63,941 nucleotides of DNA, from positions 1 to 63,941 of the forward strand of contig JAJUHJ010000001.1 of assembly GCA_029279965.1 (NCBI GenBank), given 5' to 3'. Every line of letters starts with the position of its first letter. Within the stretch, counting starts at the first letter, position 1. The DNA is from Phyllobacteriaceae bacterium (GTDB taxonomy: Bacteria; Pseudomonadota; Alphaproteobacteria; Rhizobiales; Rhizobiaceae). Made by a program: the position numbers and the translations under genes. Positions 1 through 9,079 of the stretch are shown here, piece after piece. The notes under the pieces are model-generated. The model made no database searches and was not told the DNA's origin. It saw nothing but the letters and a program-made list of their open reading frames with translations.

Positions 1-366
1 ATATCCCGCTTCTGTCGCCGCAATCAGGACCAGAGATTCGTATTCACTTAGAGCCTTACGGCCGTTCCCGCGCTGCTCGTCCGCAAAGGACACGCCAAGC
101 TGGCATCCAATGATAGGCTGGACGCCTTCCTTCACCGCCTTCTGCGCAAACTCCAGCGCACCGAAGAGATTGTTGGTATCGGCGATGGCGATGGCCGGTG
201 CTTCATCGCTCAGTGCATGGCCGATAATCTTCCCGAGCGGCAGCGCACCCTCCAGCAGGGAATAGGCCGAATGCACGCGCAGGTGAATGAAATTGCGCTC
301 CGGGCGCGCCGCGGCGCGGGCTGCCTCTGCCAGGAGTGGGTCACGCGATACCCTGTTGCTTGCCAT
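1..366 (-). CDS. dnaE: DNA polymerase III alpha subunit, N-terminal PHP domain (partial, runs off window start)
   Basis: Not in ORF track. Manual translation from ATG 366: MASNRVSRD...FIHLRVHSAYSLLEGA...IADTNNLFGALEFAQKA...GVQPIIGC, the classic DnaE N-terminus. Confidence 0.93.
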   Translation of the reverse strand, partial: MASNRVSRDPLLAEAARAAARPERNFIHLRVHSAYSLLEGALPLGKIIGHALSDEAPAIAIADTNNLFGALEFAQKAVKEGVQPIIGCQLGVSFADEQRGNGRKALSEYESLVLIAATEAGY

Positions 367-501
367 TCGGTTCAGCTCTCAAGACTCAAATTGCACCTGC
401 CGGGCATTGTTTCGGAACTCGGGGCCAAGGTCGAGTGGGGGAAGAGCGTTGGGCACAGGAGTGATGGCGTCAGGACCGCAAGCGGAACCCGCGCCACGCC
501 C

Positions 502-1629
502 TCACCGCACGATCGTCAGCCGCTCCGCCGCGCGTGTTATGGCGGTATAGAGCCATTGTTGGCGCGTATCGCGAAAGGCAAAGCTCTCGTCGAACAGCAC
601 CACCTCGTCCCATTGCGACCCTTGCGCCTTGTGCACCGTCAGTGCGTAACCGAAATCGAAATCGTTGTAACGCTTCTTCGTCTGCCACGGGATGTCACCG
701 TCCGGGTCTTCGAAGGCGGCCTTGAGCAGCTTGATCTTGGCCACGCCGCGGTCCGGATCGTCTTCCTCCGGAGAAACGAGGAGGTTGATGCCGGGCTTAA
801 CAGTTTCACGCGAGGCCGTCATCACTTTCCACAGCGAGCCATTGAGCAGCCCCTTGGAGGGCTCGTTTCTCAAGCACACCAGCTTGTCGCCAGCCTGCGG
901 CAAGAGGGAGTCGAACCCCTTCAGTTCCCGCAGGCGCTGATTGTAGCGCCGACGCGTGCGGTTGATGCCGACCAGCACCTGGTCCGCCCGCAGCACCATC
1001 TCGCTATCGACATCGTGCTTCGAGATCACCTGCGCGGTGCCATAGTCGCCATGCGCGAACTCCCTGCCCTCGCGCACGTCGAGCGCCAGCCGGATAATGG
1101 GATTGTCGCGCGCCTGCCGGTGAATTTCGGTGAGAAGGAAATCCGGTTCATGCTCGGTGAAGAAACCGCCGCCGGAGACGGGTGGCAATTGACCGGGATC
1201 GCCCAGCACGAGGATCGGCGTGCCAAAGGACATGAGGTCGCGGCCCAGTGCCTCATCCACCATGGAGCATTCATCGATGACAATGAGGCTGGCTCTGGCG
1301 ACCGGGCTTTGCCGGTTTAGCGAGAAGGCTGGGGAAATGAGCGTCTTGCCGGTGGTCTCGTCCTCGGTCGCTTCCTCGCCGCGCGGGCGGTAGATGAGCG
1401 AGTGGATCGTACGTGCGTTCGTTGCGCCCTTGGAGCGCAGCACCTGTGCGGCCTTGCCGGTGAAGGCGGCAAACTGCACATTCCCGTCCACATGCTCGGC
1501 GAAATAGCGGGCCAGCGTCGTCTTGCCCGTGCCGGCATAGCCGAAGAGGCGGAAGAGCTGTGACTGGCCCTCGTTCAGCCAGCGGGAGACGGCCTTTAGC
1601 GCCTCGTCCTGTTGCGGTGAAAATTTCAT
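502..1629 (-). CDS. ATP-dependent RecD-like / Dda-like SF1B DNA helicase
   Basis: Walker A GYAGTGKT, motif II DECSM, GDPGQLPP, C-terminal YALTVHKAQGSQW and LYTAITRA. Start moved to ATG 1629 (MKFSPQQ). Confidence 0.88.
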   Translation of the reverse strand: MKFSPQQDEALKAVSRWLNEGQSQLFRLFGYAGTGKTTLARYFAEHVDGNVQFAAFTGKAAQVLRSKGATNARTIHSLIYRPRGEEATEDETTGKTLISPAFSLNRQSPVARASLIVIDECSMVDEALGRDLMSFGTPILVLGDPGQLPPVSGGGFFTEHEPDFLLTEIHRQARDNPIIRLALDVREGREFAHGDYGTAQVISKHDVDSEMVLRADQVLVGINRTRRRYNQRLRELKGFDSLLPQAGDKLVCLRNEPSKGLLNGSLWKVMTASRETVKPGINLLVSPEEDDPDRGVAKIKLLKAAFEDPDGDIPWQTKKRYNDFDFGYALTVHKAQGSQWDEVVLFDESFAFRDTRQQWLYTAITRAAERLTIVR

Positions 1630-1745
1630 GGCTCCAGAAACCAGATTCTTCCTCAAATGAACAGGGCCGGTGGAGAAGGGCGCCGTTCCTTTACCCCATC
1701 GAAGGATAAATACGGCATGCTGTGAATGATCGCGGGAGGAGATGG

Positions 1746-3590
1746 ATGGTGAAAAACACCTTGCTGACGGTGATTGCTTGCGTCGGCATCCTGCTTCTCA
1801 TCCCGGCTTTCCCATACGGATCGGCCGAAGAGGCCGAACACCGGCCACGCGTCCTGGTCAATCAGCTTGGCTACCTGCCTGACGGGCCGAAACGCGCGAC
1901 ACTGCTCACTGACGCGAGCGAACCCCTGCCCTGGCAGCTTCGGGATGCCCAGGGCGAACCGGTCGCCTCCGGCACGACAAAGCCGGCGGGCCTCGACCCG
2001 ACAGCCCTAACAAATGTGCATGTCATTGATTTTACCGCCTTCACTGATCCCGGCACTGGCTATCACATTGCCGCCGATGGCAGCCAGAGCTTTCCCTTTG
2101 CTGTGGGACGCGGCTTCTATGAAGCGCTTGCGCGCGATGCGGTCGAATATTTTTACCCTGCCCGCTCCGGCATCGCGATAGACGGCGCGATTGCAGGAGC
2201 GGCTTACACGCGGCCCGCCGGCCACCTTGTCGGCCCAGGCGACGGCGCTGCGAACAAAGGCGACAGGGATGTGCCCTGTCTTGGAGCTGAAGCGTCACGC
2301 GATGCCTATGGAATCTCCTGGACCTGCGATTACAGCCTCGACGTGACAGGCGGCTGGTACGATGCGGGTGATCACGGCAAGTATGTCGTCAATGGCGGCA
2401 TTTCCGTCGCGCAGCTTATGAGTGCTTATGAACGTACGCTCTATATCGATGGCGCCTCGCGCGCCCTCTTTGCGGACGGCACCCTTGCGATTCCTGAGAC
2501 GGGAAACGGCATTCCCGACATTCTGGACGAGATACGATGGGAGCTTGAATTCTTCCTCAAGATGCAGGTGCCGGACGGCGAGAAGCTGGCGGGCATGGTG
2601 CACCACAAGGTTCACGATACGGACTGGATAGGCCTGCCGCTGCTGCCTCACGAAAACACCAATCCACGCGCTCTGCACCGGCCTTCCACGGCGGCAACGT
2701 TGAACCTCGCAGCCACCGGCGCGCAGGGTGCGCGCCTGTTCCGCAAGTTCCATCCGGCATTTGCCGACCGCCTGCTTATGGCCGCCGAACGTGCCTACGC
2801 GGCGGCGAAAAGCAATCCGGATCTTTATGCGCCTGCAACCGATAGCGTCGGCGGCGGCGCCTACAATGACAATGATGTCTCCGACGAGTTCTACTGGGCC
2901 GCGGCAGAACTCTTCATCACCACCGGTGACAAGGCCTATCGCGCCGATCTTGAAGCCTCACCCTATTTCACGGGCGACGGCTTTCGCGACTACGGCTTTG
3001 ATTGGGGTTATGTCGCGCCGCTGGCAACGCTGTCCCTCAGCCTCGTACCGAACGGGCTGCCCGCTGACGATATGGTCCGCCTGCGCCATTCCGTCATCGA
3101 GGCGGCCCGGCGCGTTGCCGACCTGCAGGAGGATCGCGCATTCGGCCAGATCTACGCGCCGGCCGACGGCAAATATGGCTGGGGCTCCAACCATCTGACG
3201 GCACAACTCGGCATCATCGTCGCGCGTGCTTATGATTATACGGGCGACCAGCGTTTCCGAGCGGCAGCGCTGGAAGGCGCGGACTATTTGCTTGGCCGCA
3301 ATGCGCTCGCGCTTTCATATATCACCGGCCATGGCAGCGCCTATTCCCAGAACCAGCATTCAAGCTGGTTTGCTCACCAACTCGACCCTTCGCTCCCGCG
3401 CCCGCCAAACGGCGCGCTCGCCGGCGGCCCCAATGCCTGGCTACACGATGCCATTGCTGCCGAACGGCTCGCCGGCTGCGCGCCTCAGCTATGCTACATC
3501 GACGATATCGAGAGCTGGTCGACGAACGAGATCACCATCAACTGGAACGCGGCCCTCACCCAGTTCGCCGCATTTCTGGCCGAGCAATGA
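1746..3590 (+). CDS. Secreted glycoside hydrolase family 9 endoglucanase with N-terminal Ig-like (CelD_N) domain
   Basis: Signal-peptide-like N-terminus after GGAGGA (1735-1740), VNQLGYLP Ig-like start, GGWYDAGDHGKY, GWGSN, and C-terminal YIDDIESWSTNEITINWNA catalytic motif. Confidence 0.92.
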   Translation: MVKNTLLTVIACVGILLLIPAFPYGSAEEAEHRPRVLVNQLGYLPDGPKRATLLTDASEPLPWQLRDAQGEPVASGTTKPAGLDPTALTNVHVIDFTAFTDPGTGYHIAADGSQSFPFAVGRGFYEALARDAVEYFYPARSGIAIDGAIAGAAYTRPAGHLVGPGDGAANKGDRDVPCLGAEASRDAYGISWTCDYSLDVTGGWYDAGDHGKYVVNGGISVAQLMSAYERTLYIDGASRALFADGTLAIPETGNGIPDILDEIRWELEFFLKMQVPDGEKLAGMVHHKVHDTDWIGLPLLPHENTNPRALHRPSTAATLNLAATGAQGARLFRKFHPAFADRLLMAAERAYAAAKSNPDLYAPATDSVGGGAYNDNDVSDEFYWAAAELFITTGDKAYRADLEASPYFTGDGFRDYGFDWGYVAPLATLSLSLVPNGLPADDMVRLRHSVIEAARRVADLQEDRAFGQIYAPADGKYGWGSNHLTAQLGIIVARAYDYTGDQRFRAAALEGADYLLGRNALALSYITGHGSAYSQNQHSSWFAHQLDPSLPRPPNGALAGGPNAWLHDAIAAERLAGCAPQLCYIDDIESWSTNEITINWNAALTQFAAFLAEQ

Positions 3591-3632
3591 AGGGAGGGCA
3601 CGCGGGTCTCAGGCTGCTTGAAGGTGAAGCCG

Positions 3633-4205
3633 TCACATGCCTTCCGGTCCACGGTTAACCGCGGCAACGCCGGTACGGCAGACTTCTACCAGCCCCAGCG
3701 GCCTCATGATGGCGATGAACTGTTCAATCTTGGAAACCCGTCCGGTGATCTCAAAGACGAAATGTTCCGTATTGGCGTCGATCACCTGCGCGCGAAAGGC
3801 GTCTGCGAGGCGTAAGGCCTCTAGCCGATCGTTCCCCTTTCCGTTCACCTTGATCAGCGCCAGTTCCCGCTCGAGGGGGCGCTCCTGACCACGCTCCTTC
3901 GCGACGACCGAAAGGTCCACCACCCGGTGAACCGGCACGATCCGCTCAAGCTGATGTTTGATCTGCTCCAGGACATGCGGCGTGCCGCGCGTTACGATGG
4001 TGATGCGCGACAGATGCCGCTTGTGCTCGGTCTCCGACACGGTGAGGCTGTCGATGTTGTAGCCCCGGCCGGAGAAGAGGCCGATGACGCGCGCCAGCAC
4101 GCCCGGCTCGTTGTCGACGAGGACGGCAAGCGTGCGCCTCTCGTCATGTTCGGTCTCCTTGGTGATGAAGTAGGCGGAGCCTGTCGGCTGTAGCTGAGCG
4201 TTCAT
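3633..4205 (-). CDS. ilvH: Acetolactate synthase small (regulatory) subunit
   Basis: ACT domain LVDNEPGVLARVIGLFSGRGYNIDSL and RELALIKV. Directly downstream of the large subunit. Confidence 0.96.
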   Translation of the reverse strand: MNAQLQPTGSAYFITKETEHDERRTLAVLVDNEPGVLARVIGLFSGRGYNIDSLTVSETEHKRHLSRITIVTRGTPHVLEQIKHQLERIVPVHRVVDLSVVAKERGQERPLERELALIKVNGKGNDRLEALRLADAFRAQVIDANTEHFVFEITGRVSKIEQFIAIMRPLGLVEVCRTGVAAVNRGPEGM

Positions 4206-4256
4206 GCGCTGAATCTCTTTATGAACGTGATGCTCTATGTCGTTGTGGCGGCACGG

Positions 4257-6059
4257 CTAAACCAGTGCGCGCCCCTCTTCGTCGATGGCATTCGCCACCG
4301 CTTCATCGCTGGCTTCGTCGGGAAGCAGCATTTCATTATGTGCCTTACCCGAGGGGATCATCGGGAAGCAGTTGGCGAGATTGGCCACCCGGCAATCGAA
4401 TATGACGGGCTTGTCCACTGCGATCATTTCGCCGATCGCCTCGTCCAGGTCTCCCGGCTTCTCGCAACGTATGCCATGGCCGCCGTAAGCTTCCGCGAGC
4501 TTGACGAAATCGGGCAGCGCCTCGGTGTAGGAATGCGACAGCCGGTTGCCGTGGAGAAGCTGCTGCCACTGGCGCACCATGCCCATGTACTGGTTGTTGA
4601 GAATGAATATCTTGATCGGCGCGTTGTGCTGCACGGCCGCACTCATCTCCTGCATGGTCATGAGCACCGATGCGTCGCCGGCAATGTCGATCACCAGCGC
4701 CTCCGGATGGGCGATCTGTACACCGAGCGCAGCCGGCAGCCCGTATCCCATCGTACCGAGACCGCCGGACGTCATCCAGCGATTGGGCGCCTCGAAGCCG
4801 AAATGCTGGGCAGCCCACATCTGATGCTGGCCCACCTCGGTGGTGATGTAGGTATCGTGCCCTTTCGTCAATTCGTAGAGCCGCTGGATCGCATATTGCG
4901 GCATGATGATGTCGTTGTTCGGCGTGTAGGCGAGCGAGTCGCGCGCGCGCCATTTCGTGATCTGTTCCCACCAGGGCTTGAGCGCCGCCTTGTCCGTTTT
5001 CACGTTGGCACGCCACAGCCGCACCATGTCCTCCAGAACGCGGCCGGCGTCGCCGACGATCGGAATATCCACATGCACGTTCTTGTTGATCGACGAGGGG
5101 TCGATGTCGACGTGGATTTTTCGTGAATTCGGCGAGAAAGCGTCGATGCGCCCGGTGATGCGGTCGTCAAAGCGCGCGCCGATGCACAGCATCACGTCGC
5201 AATCATGCATGGCCATATTGGCTTCGAACGTGCCGTGCATGCCCAGCATGCCCAGCCAGTTCTCGCCCGAGGCTGGATAGGAGCCAAGTCCCATCAGCGT
5301 GGACGTGATGGGAAAGCCGGTAAGATCGACCAGCTCGCGCAGAAACTGGCTCGCCTCAGGCCCCGCATTCACCACGCCTCCGCCCGAGTAGATGATCGGC
5401 CGTTTGGCGCCGGCCATCAGAGCGACGGCGGCCCGGATTTTCTCCTGGTCGCCCTCCACACGCGGATTGTAGCTCGTGCGCGGCGCGGTCTGAGGCGGTG
5501 TGTAGACGCCCTTTGCAAACTGGATGTCCTTGGGAACGTCCACCACCACGGGCCCCGGCCGCCCGGTCTGGGCCACATGAAACGCCTCGTGCAAGGTGGC
5601 GGCAAGCTGGTTCACATCCCGCACCAGCCAATTGTGTTTGGTGCAGGGACGGGTAATCCCAACCGTGTCGCATTCCTGAAATGCATCGGAGCCGATCAGG
5701 GTCGTCGGCACCTGACCGGAGATGCAGACCAGCGGAATTGAATCCATCAGCGCGTCCTGGAGGGCTGTCACCGCATTGGTGGCGCCGGGACCGGAGGTCA
5801 CCAACATGACTCCGGCCTTGCCGGTCGAGCGCGCATAGCCCTCGGCGGCATGCCCGGCCCCCTGTTCGTGACGGACCAGTATGTGCTGAACGTCTTCCTG
5901 CTGGAAAAGCTCGTCATAGATAGGAAGCACCGCGCCGCCCGGATAGCCGAAAACGTGCTTCACGCCATTGTCTTTCAGCGCCTGCACGACCATTTCGGCG
6001 CCTGTCATTTCGTGCCTGCTCACATCATGCCCTTTCGGCGCCGGCGCTTGTGCGTTCAT
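4257..6059 (-). CDS. ilvI: Acetolactate synthase large (catalytic) subunit
   Basis: FGYPGGAVLPIYD, RHEQGAGHAAEGYAR, TSGPGATN, ThDP motif GDAS...NN, GMVRQWQ. Start moved to ATG 6059 because the longer ORF runs through the attenuator. Confidence 0.96.
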   Translation of the reverse strand: MNAQAPAPKGHDVSRHEMTGAEMVVQALKDNGVKHVFGYPGGAVLPIYDELFQQEDVQHILVRHEQGAGHAAEGYARSTGKAGVMLVTSGPGATNAVTALQDALMDSIPLVCISGQVPTTLIGSDAFQECDTVGITRPCTKHNWLVRDVNQLAATLHEAFHVAQTGRPGPVVVDVPKDIQFAKGVYTPPQTAPRTSYNPRVEGDQEKIRAAVALMAGAKRPIIYSGGGVVNAGPEASQFLRELVDLTGFPITSTLMGLGSYPASGENWLGMLGMHGTFEANMAMHDCDVMLCIGARFDDRITGRIDAFSPNSRKIHVDIDPSSINKNVHVDIPIVGDAGRVLEDMVRLWRANVKTDKAALKPWWEQITKWRARDSLAYTPNNDIIMPQYAIQRLYELTKGHDTYITTEVGQHQMWAAQHFGFEAPNRWMTSGGLGTMGYGLPAALGVQIAHPEALVIDIAGDASVLMTMQEMSAAVQHNAPIKIFILNNQYMGMVRQWQQLLHGNRLSHSYTEALPDFVKLAEAYGGHGIRCEKPGDLDEAIGEMIAVDKPVIFDCRVANLANCFPMIPSGKAHNEMLLPDEASDEAVANAIDEEGRALV

Positions 6060-6109
6060 TGCTCTCGTGTCCCGTCTCGTTCTATCGTCTTTCCGGTTCG
6101 TCCGCTCAA

Positions 6110-6136
6110 TAAAAAAAGGCCCCCGGAGGAGCCTTG
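6110..6136 (-). terminator. Intrinsic terminator of the ilv attenuator
   Basis: Minus strand AAGGCTCCTCCGGGGGCCTTTTTTT, a hairpin plus U7, lying between the leader peptide and ilvI. Confidence 0.85.
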
Positions 6137-6166
6137 ATTTGCACATGAGTGGCTGTCGCCCGGCGG

Positions 6167-6220
6167 CTACGCCGCCTTGCCCATGTGCCTTCCTACTACG
6201 AGAATAAACCTTTTCATCAT
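6167..6220 (-). CDS. ilv operon attenuator leader peptide MMKRFILVVGRHMGKAA (17 aa)
   Basis: Not in ORF track. Consecutive Ile-Leu-Val-Val codons (ATT CTC GTA GTA). GCACATG (6188-6182) pairs with CATGTGC (6147-6141). Followed by a terminator. Confidence 0.85.
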   Translation of the reverse strand: MMKRFILVVGRHMGKAA

Positions 6221-6228
6221 GGTCGCGG

Positions 6229-6258
6229 ACAATAAGCGGCAACCGCACGCGGTGTCAA
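6229..6258 (-). promoter_or_regulatory. Putative sigma70 promoter of the ilv leader
   Basis: TTGACA (6258-6253), 18-nt spacer, TATTGT (6234-6229), ending 8 nt before the leader ATG. Confidence 0.6.
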
Positions 6259-6362
6259 CGCCGAACATTCAGACCCTCGCAGTCGCGGCACATCCGAAAT
6301 CTGGTCACCCGGCCTTAACCGTGTCGGGCTAGGCTTGTTCCCGGGCAGTTTGGGGCAAGCCA

Positions 6363-8135
6363 ATGTATTTCGATAGAAGTGCCACAGAAGGCGAGACGCC
6401 GCGAGAGCGTCGTGCGGCCGATCAGCCGGCATCGCGCGTTCTCGGGCATATCGTCCAGTGCGATGGCGCGCGCGCTGTGATCGCCACGACGATCCCGCAG
6501 GGCGAAACACCGCTCGCAAGCACATGGACCGTCGGCAAGCTGATCTCGATCGATGTCGGACACACGCGTACCGTCGGCCTCATCTACGCGATCGAACGGC
6601 CGCAGAGGCGCTGGGATGAGGATAACAGCAATCCCCTCACGATCCTGGTAGAACTGATCGGCGAAGTCAGCGACCGCAACGGCACGCCGGTGTTCGACCG
6701 GGGCATCACCAACTATCCCCATATTGGTGCGCCGGCTCACCGGATCCGGGCACACGATCTCAAGGCAGTCTACGATCTGGGGGGCGAACGTCACTCGGTG
6801 GCCATCGGCCATCTCTCGCAGGATGAAAGCATCGAAGCGTGTCTGGCCGTCAACGAGACGTTGAGCCGCCACTTTGCGGTGGTCGGCACGACGGGCGTGG
6901 GCAAATCGACCGCCGTCTCCCTGCTTCTTCGCAAGATGATTGCCTCGCGATCCGACCTGCGCGTGCTCATTCTCGATCCGCACAACGAATTTGCGCCCTC
7001 GCTGCCTGAATACTGCGTGCGCATCGACACGGCCTCGCTGGACCTGCCCTTCTGGCTGTTCCGGTTGGAGGAACTGGTGGAGGTGCTTTATCGCGGGCGC
7101 GAGCCGGTAGCGGAAGAAGTGGAACTTCTGCGGGACCTGATCGCGCAGGCCAAGCATCACTACGGCAGTCATGGAAGCTTGCTGAGGCGTGGGGGCGACA
7201 ATCAGGGCATCACGGCCGATACGCCAGTTCCCTATCGTATGGCCGACGTGCTGGACGGGATAGACGAGCGCCTCGGTCAGCTTGATGCGAAGGATGAGCG
7301 GGTGCATCTTCGCCAGCTTCGTGCCCGCGTCGAGTCGGCCCTTGCCGATCCGCGCTATCGTTTCATGTTTGCTTCGCGCCTGATCGAAGACTCCATTCAG
7401 GAAACAGTCGGCCGAATTTTCCGCATTCCAAGCGAGGGCAGGCCCGTGACCTGCTTCGAGATGGCGAGCCTGCCTTCCGAGGTGGTCAACTCGGTCTGCT
7501 CGGTCTTGTCGCGGCTTGCCTTCGACCTCGCTCTATGGGGAGAGGGCAAGCTGAAGCTTCTCCTTATGTGCGAAGAGGCGCACCGCTATATGCCGGCCGA
7601 CCCGCAGCTTGGTTTCGCGCCCACGCGCCACGCGCTGGCGCGGATCGCCAAGGAAGGGCGCAAATATGGATGTTATCTGGGGGTGGTCACCCAGCGCCCC
7701 GGCGATCTCGATCCCACAGTGCTTTCGCAATGCTCGACCATCTTTGCCATGCGGCTGGCCAACGAACAGGATCAGGCCATTATCCGATCGGCCATTGCTG
7801 ATTCATCCGCTTCCACCCTCGCCTTCCTCTCGGCAATGGGCCAGCGCGAGGCAATAGCGTTCGGCGATGGGGTGGCGACCACAATGCGCATGAAATTCGA
7901 GGCCCTGCCGGATAAGCTTCTGCCAGGCGCCAAGGATTCCTCCGGGACCATGCAGCTCTTGCAGGCGGAGGAAATTGATGACGTGGACCTGGCGGCGATC
8001 ATCGAACGCATGCGCGATTCCGGAAAACGCACCCGCACTGCGTCCAGCGCCTTCAAGACCGACGCTTCGCACGGATCGGTGCGCGGAAGAAATGGTGAAG
8101 ACACGTCGCCGCGCCGTCATCAATTTCTCAGATAG
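6363..8135 (+). CDS. HerA/FtsK-superfamily ATPase (DUF87-type)
   Basis: HFAVVGTTGVGKS Walker A, ILDPHNEF, Walker B LLMCEEAHRY, EGRKYG arginine finger, TQRP sensor. N-terminal beta-barrel-like region. Confidence 0.88.
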   Translation: MYFDRSATEGETPRERRAADQPASRVLGHIVQCDGARAVIATTIPQGETPLASTWTVGKLISIDVGHTRTVGLIYAIERPQRRWDEDNSNPLTILVELIGEVSDRNGTPVFDRGITNYPHIGAPAHRIRAHDLKAVYDLGGERHSVAIGHLSQDESIEACLAVNETLSRHFAVVGTTGVGKSTAVSLLLRKMIASRSDLRVLILDPHNEFAPSLPEYCVRIDTASLDLPFWLFRLEELVEVLYRGREPVAEEVELLRDLIAQAKHHYGSHGSLLRRGGDNQGITADTPVPYRMADVLDGIDERLGQLDAKDERVHLRQLRARVESALADPRYRFMFASRLIEDSIQETVGRIFRIPSEGRPVTCFEMASLPSEVVNSVCSVLSRLAFDLALWGEGKLKLLLMCEEAHRYMPADPQLGFAPTRHALARIAKEGRKYGCYLGVVTQRPGDLDPTVLSQCSTIFAMRLANEQDQAIIRSAIADSSASTLAFLSAMGQREAIAFGDGVATTMRMKFEALPDKLLPGAKDSSGTMQLLQAEEIDDVDLAAIIERMRDSGKRTRTASSAFKTDASHGSVRGRNGEDTSPRRHQFLR

Positions 8136-8247
8136 GGCGTTTGGCCAGCATGCGTTGCGGCATGTTGCGCGCCGCATGCTCCTATACTAGTGGTCGGTGG
8201 AAATACGCTTTGGCAATGGCGTCGCAACGCGCCAGGGAGGGACTTCA

Positions 8248-9042
8248 TTGACTATCCACAGGACGCGGCGCGCTCTGGTGACTGGCGCTGCCAAGGGAAT
8301 TGGCCGTGCCGTCGCAACTCATTTCGCGCGGGAAGGTTATGATCTCGTTCTCTTCGACGTGGCCGAGGATGCGCTTGAAGCTGTCGCGCAGGATCTGGCT
8401 TCAGACTCCACCCGCGTGGTGACCGTGATCGGATCGGTTGCGAGTGCTGCCGACTGCGCGCGCGCAGCGAAGGCCGCACAGGATGCCTTCGGCGGACTGG
8501 ACGTCTTGTCCCACAATGCCGGAATCCAGCGGTATGGCACGCTGGAGACGACTGACGAAGCACTGTGGGACGAGGTGTTCAGCGTCAACCTCAAGGGTGC
8601 CTATCTGATCTCGCGCGCTGTCATCGATATGATCGTCGAAGCGCGCGGATCGATTGTACACATGGCCTCGGTTCAGGGTTTCGCAAGCCAGGAAGGCGTT
8701 CTGGCCTACAGCGCCGCCAAGCACGGGCTGGTGGGACTGGTACGCGCCAGCGCCATCGATTGCGCCGCAAAGGGTGTGCGCGTCAACGGCGTGGCTCCGG
8801 GTTCTGTGGATACGCCCATGCTGCGCGCGACCGTAGCGGGCGCACCGGATCCCGAAGCGCTCTGGCGTGAGATCGGCGCCATGCATCCCTTGGGGCGCCC
8901 GGCCCGCGCTGAGGAGATTGCCTCGGTCGTTGCTTTTCTCGCCTCGGACGCTGCGAGCTTTGTTTCAGGCGAAGTGCTGCGTGTCGACGGCGCCATGCTC
9001 GCCCGGATCGGCGGATCGCCTGAAAAGGGAGCCAAGGAATAA
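8248..9042 (+). CDS. SDR family NAD(P)-dependent oxidoreductase
   Basis: TGAAKGIG, HNAGIQ, catalytic YSAAK, VAPGSVDT. Probable TTG start after GGAGG; the ORF extends upstream to 8197. Confidence 0.93.
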   Translation: MTIHRTRRALVTGAAKGIGRAVATHFAREGYDLVLFDVAEDALEAVAQDLASDSTRVVTVIGSVASAADCARAAKAAQDAFGGLDVLSHNAGIQRYGTLETTDEALWDEVFSVNLKGAYLISRAVIDMIVEARGSIVHMASVQGFASQEGVLAYSAAKHGLVGLVRASAIDCAAKGVRVNGVAPGSVDTPMLRATVAGAPDPEALWREIGAMHPLGRPARAEEIASVVAFLASDAASFVSGEVLRVDGAMLARIGGSPEKGAKE

Positions 9043-9079
9043 GCATTGCCGACGGCGGCTCGCCCGCCTGCTTTCGGCA

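Noticed and set aside
217-1320. 367-aa plus-strand ORF
   Set aside because: Antisense shadow of the helicase and dnaE with no recognisable motifs; a typical high-GC artefact.
6060-6248. 63-aa N-terminal extension of IlvI in the ORF track
   Set aside because: It runs through the attenuator terminator and leader; the homologous sequence starts at or after 6059.
6363-8135. HerA as part of an anti-phage defence island
   Set aside because: No effector partner, no compositional shift and no other defence or mobility genes nearby.
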